A stretch of 63,916 nucleotides of DNA, filler included, from Hyphochytrium catenoides (taxonomy: Eukaryota; Protista; Hyphochytriomycota): NCBI GenBank assembly GCA_900088475.1. It is 13 parts of 13 records of this genome, joined end to end, with 100 filler letters (N's around TTAATTAATTAA, not from the genome) between each part and the next. Parts side by side here need not be neighbours in the genome. Positions count along the whole stretch, not along the records: positions 62,741 to 63,916 come from FLMG01002446.1; 12 more parts are not named here. One strand, written 5' to 3'. Made by a program: the position numbers and the translations under genes. The notes under the pieces are model-generated. The model did not search any database. It was not told where the DNA came from and saw only the letters and a list, made by a program, of their open reading frames with translations. The first letter of the stretch is position 1, and each line of letters begins with the position of its first letter. Shown piece by piece: positions 62,836 through 63,916 of the stretch.

Positions 62836-63330
62836 TCAGAGAGAAAGTTGGGCGACAACCGTCTCTACTAGGAAGGTTTTCCCAGTTCCGGCTTTTCCAT
62901 CCAGAAAGGCGTTGACTGGTTCTTTCCCAGCCTTCTTGCATATCTATTCGAACACTTCACTCTGTTCTTCATGTAGAAGCGGGACATTTGTCGCTGCAAT
63001 CTCTCGGTAGTAGCGTGGCAGCTCGGTCTCTTCCTCTGTAGTTGGCGGTTGCTCAATATCGTTTGATGAAATGCCAAGAACCGTAAATGGTGTGGCAGAA
63101 CTTTGGCAGTATGGTGCTATGGTATCAACGAGAATTCCTAGGCCCTGCTACTCCGTCATTCATACCTCAATCAATGAGATCTTGTAGCAAAGTTTTTCTG
63201 AAGTTTGCCATTATGCCTAGGACCGGAAGTCCCTCTGAGATGAATAACTCTAAGAGACACCGGAGTTGTGCGGGTCGGTATAGTTCCTCGTGCATTGCGA
63301 TCTGCTGAGATTAAGCCTTTGTTCCATGGA
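62836..63330 (-). mobile_element. Degenerate Helitron Rep/helicase (PIF1-like) fragment
   Basis: LLHEEQSEVFE*ICKKAGKEPVNAFLDGKAGTGKTFLVETVVAQL* (Q-motif plus Walker A), preceded by RPAQLRCLLELFISEGLP...FRKTLLQD. In-frame stops at 62944-62946, 62836-62838 and 63167-63169, plus frameshifts. Confidence 0.75.
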
Positions 63331-63916
63331 TTTGTTTCGTGCCACACACAAACAAGCGGCGCTAAACGTCCCCCTCTCCTCCTCCTCCTTTCCCATCACA
63401 ACACACATTATCAATCTCCTTTGTAAACAAACAACAAACCTCCTGCTGCTACCTACTTACTTCTCTGCTGGTCACCAACAAAACGTAATAATCCTCTTCT
63501 CTGCCCATCTAACTAAATGGAGCAAGTCTTTTTCTCATAACCTTTGCCTTTGCTGCCTGTCTTCTTTTCATTTTCTTGCTGGGTCTTGACTCCTGGGGGG
63601 CGGGGGCGTTCTGCCGTTCTTGGCGGTGGTATGCACGGTGAGAGATAGACGGGAGGAGGAAGCTAGGCTAGGTCTGCAGAGGAGAGGGAAAGGAGGAAAA
63701 AAGCCACCACACAGACGAGAGGGAGAAGAGCGAGAGCGAAGAGCAAGAGAGGGAGAGCGAGAGCGAGCGAACCCACCGCACGCACCACAAAGAAAGAAAG
63801 GCACAAGTAGAGGAGTGGAAGTGCTGTAGCCAGTCATGGGTTATGGGTCATGGGCTATGCTATGAGAGGGGCTCAGAACTGGAGCGGACAAGGGGAATCC
63901 GACTGTTTAATTAAAA

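Noticed and set aside
63832-63865. TCATGGG/TTATGGG 7-mer repeats resembling telomeric repeats
   Set aside because: Only about 3 imperfect copies, too short to support a telomere call.

Overview
This is eukaryotic draft-assembly (MAG-like) sequence, not one locus. Thirteen unrelated contigs are joined by artificial 100-bp spacers (44N-TTAATTAATTAA-44N), so adjacency across spacers means nothing. Most contigs are nuclear DNA of a flagellated protist, probably a stramenopile (inference). They have many short GT-AG introns and extreme (GA/CT)n microsatellite content, which makes most ORF-track entries spurious poly-ER/poly-SL frames. Manual splicing recovers these genes: a PH-domain gene, an SDHAF1-like LYR protein, a Pro-rich/coiled-coil/LRR gene, an OTUD3-like deubiquitinase, Tudor-SN (5' part), CFAP91, a RING-HC protein, an intronless 723-aa membrane protein, the first exon of IMPDH, a probable 2H-phosphoesterase fragment, MYCBPAP, a UMP-CMP kinase with a DUF4286-like N-terminal segment, PCMT1, ZIP11 and SF3A3. 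One contig (54171-55844) is mitochondrial-type DNA (trnM-tatC-trnC-trnL-trnL-trnM-nad7). The last contig holds a decayed Helitron/PIF1 helicase. The most interesting observations are: (1) introns with a recurring 5'-(GA)n...(CT)n-3' polarity that could fold back on themselves; (2) a DUF4286-like half-domain spliced in frame to UMP-CMP kinase; (3) two adjacent introns that are homologous to each other; (4) a RING protein with clustered SIM-like motifs. All family assignments come from motif recognition by eye; no database search was run.
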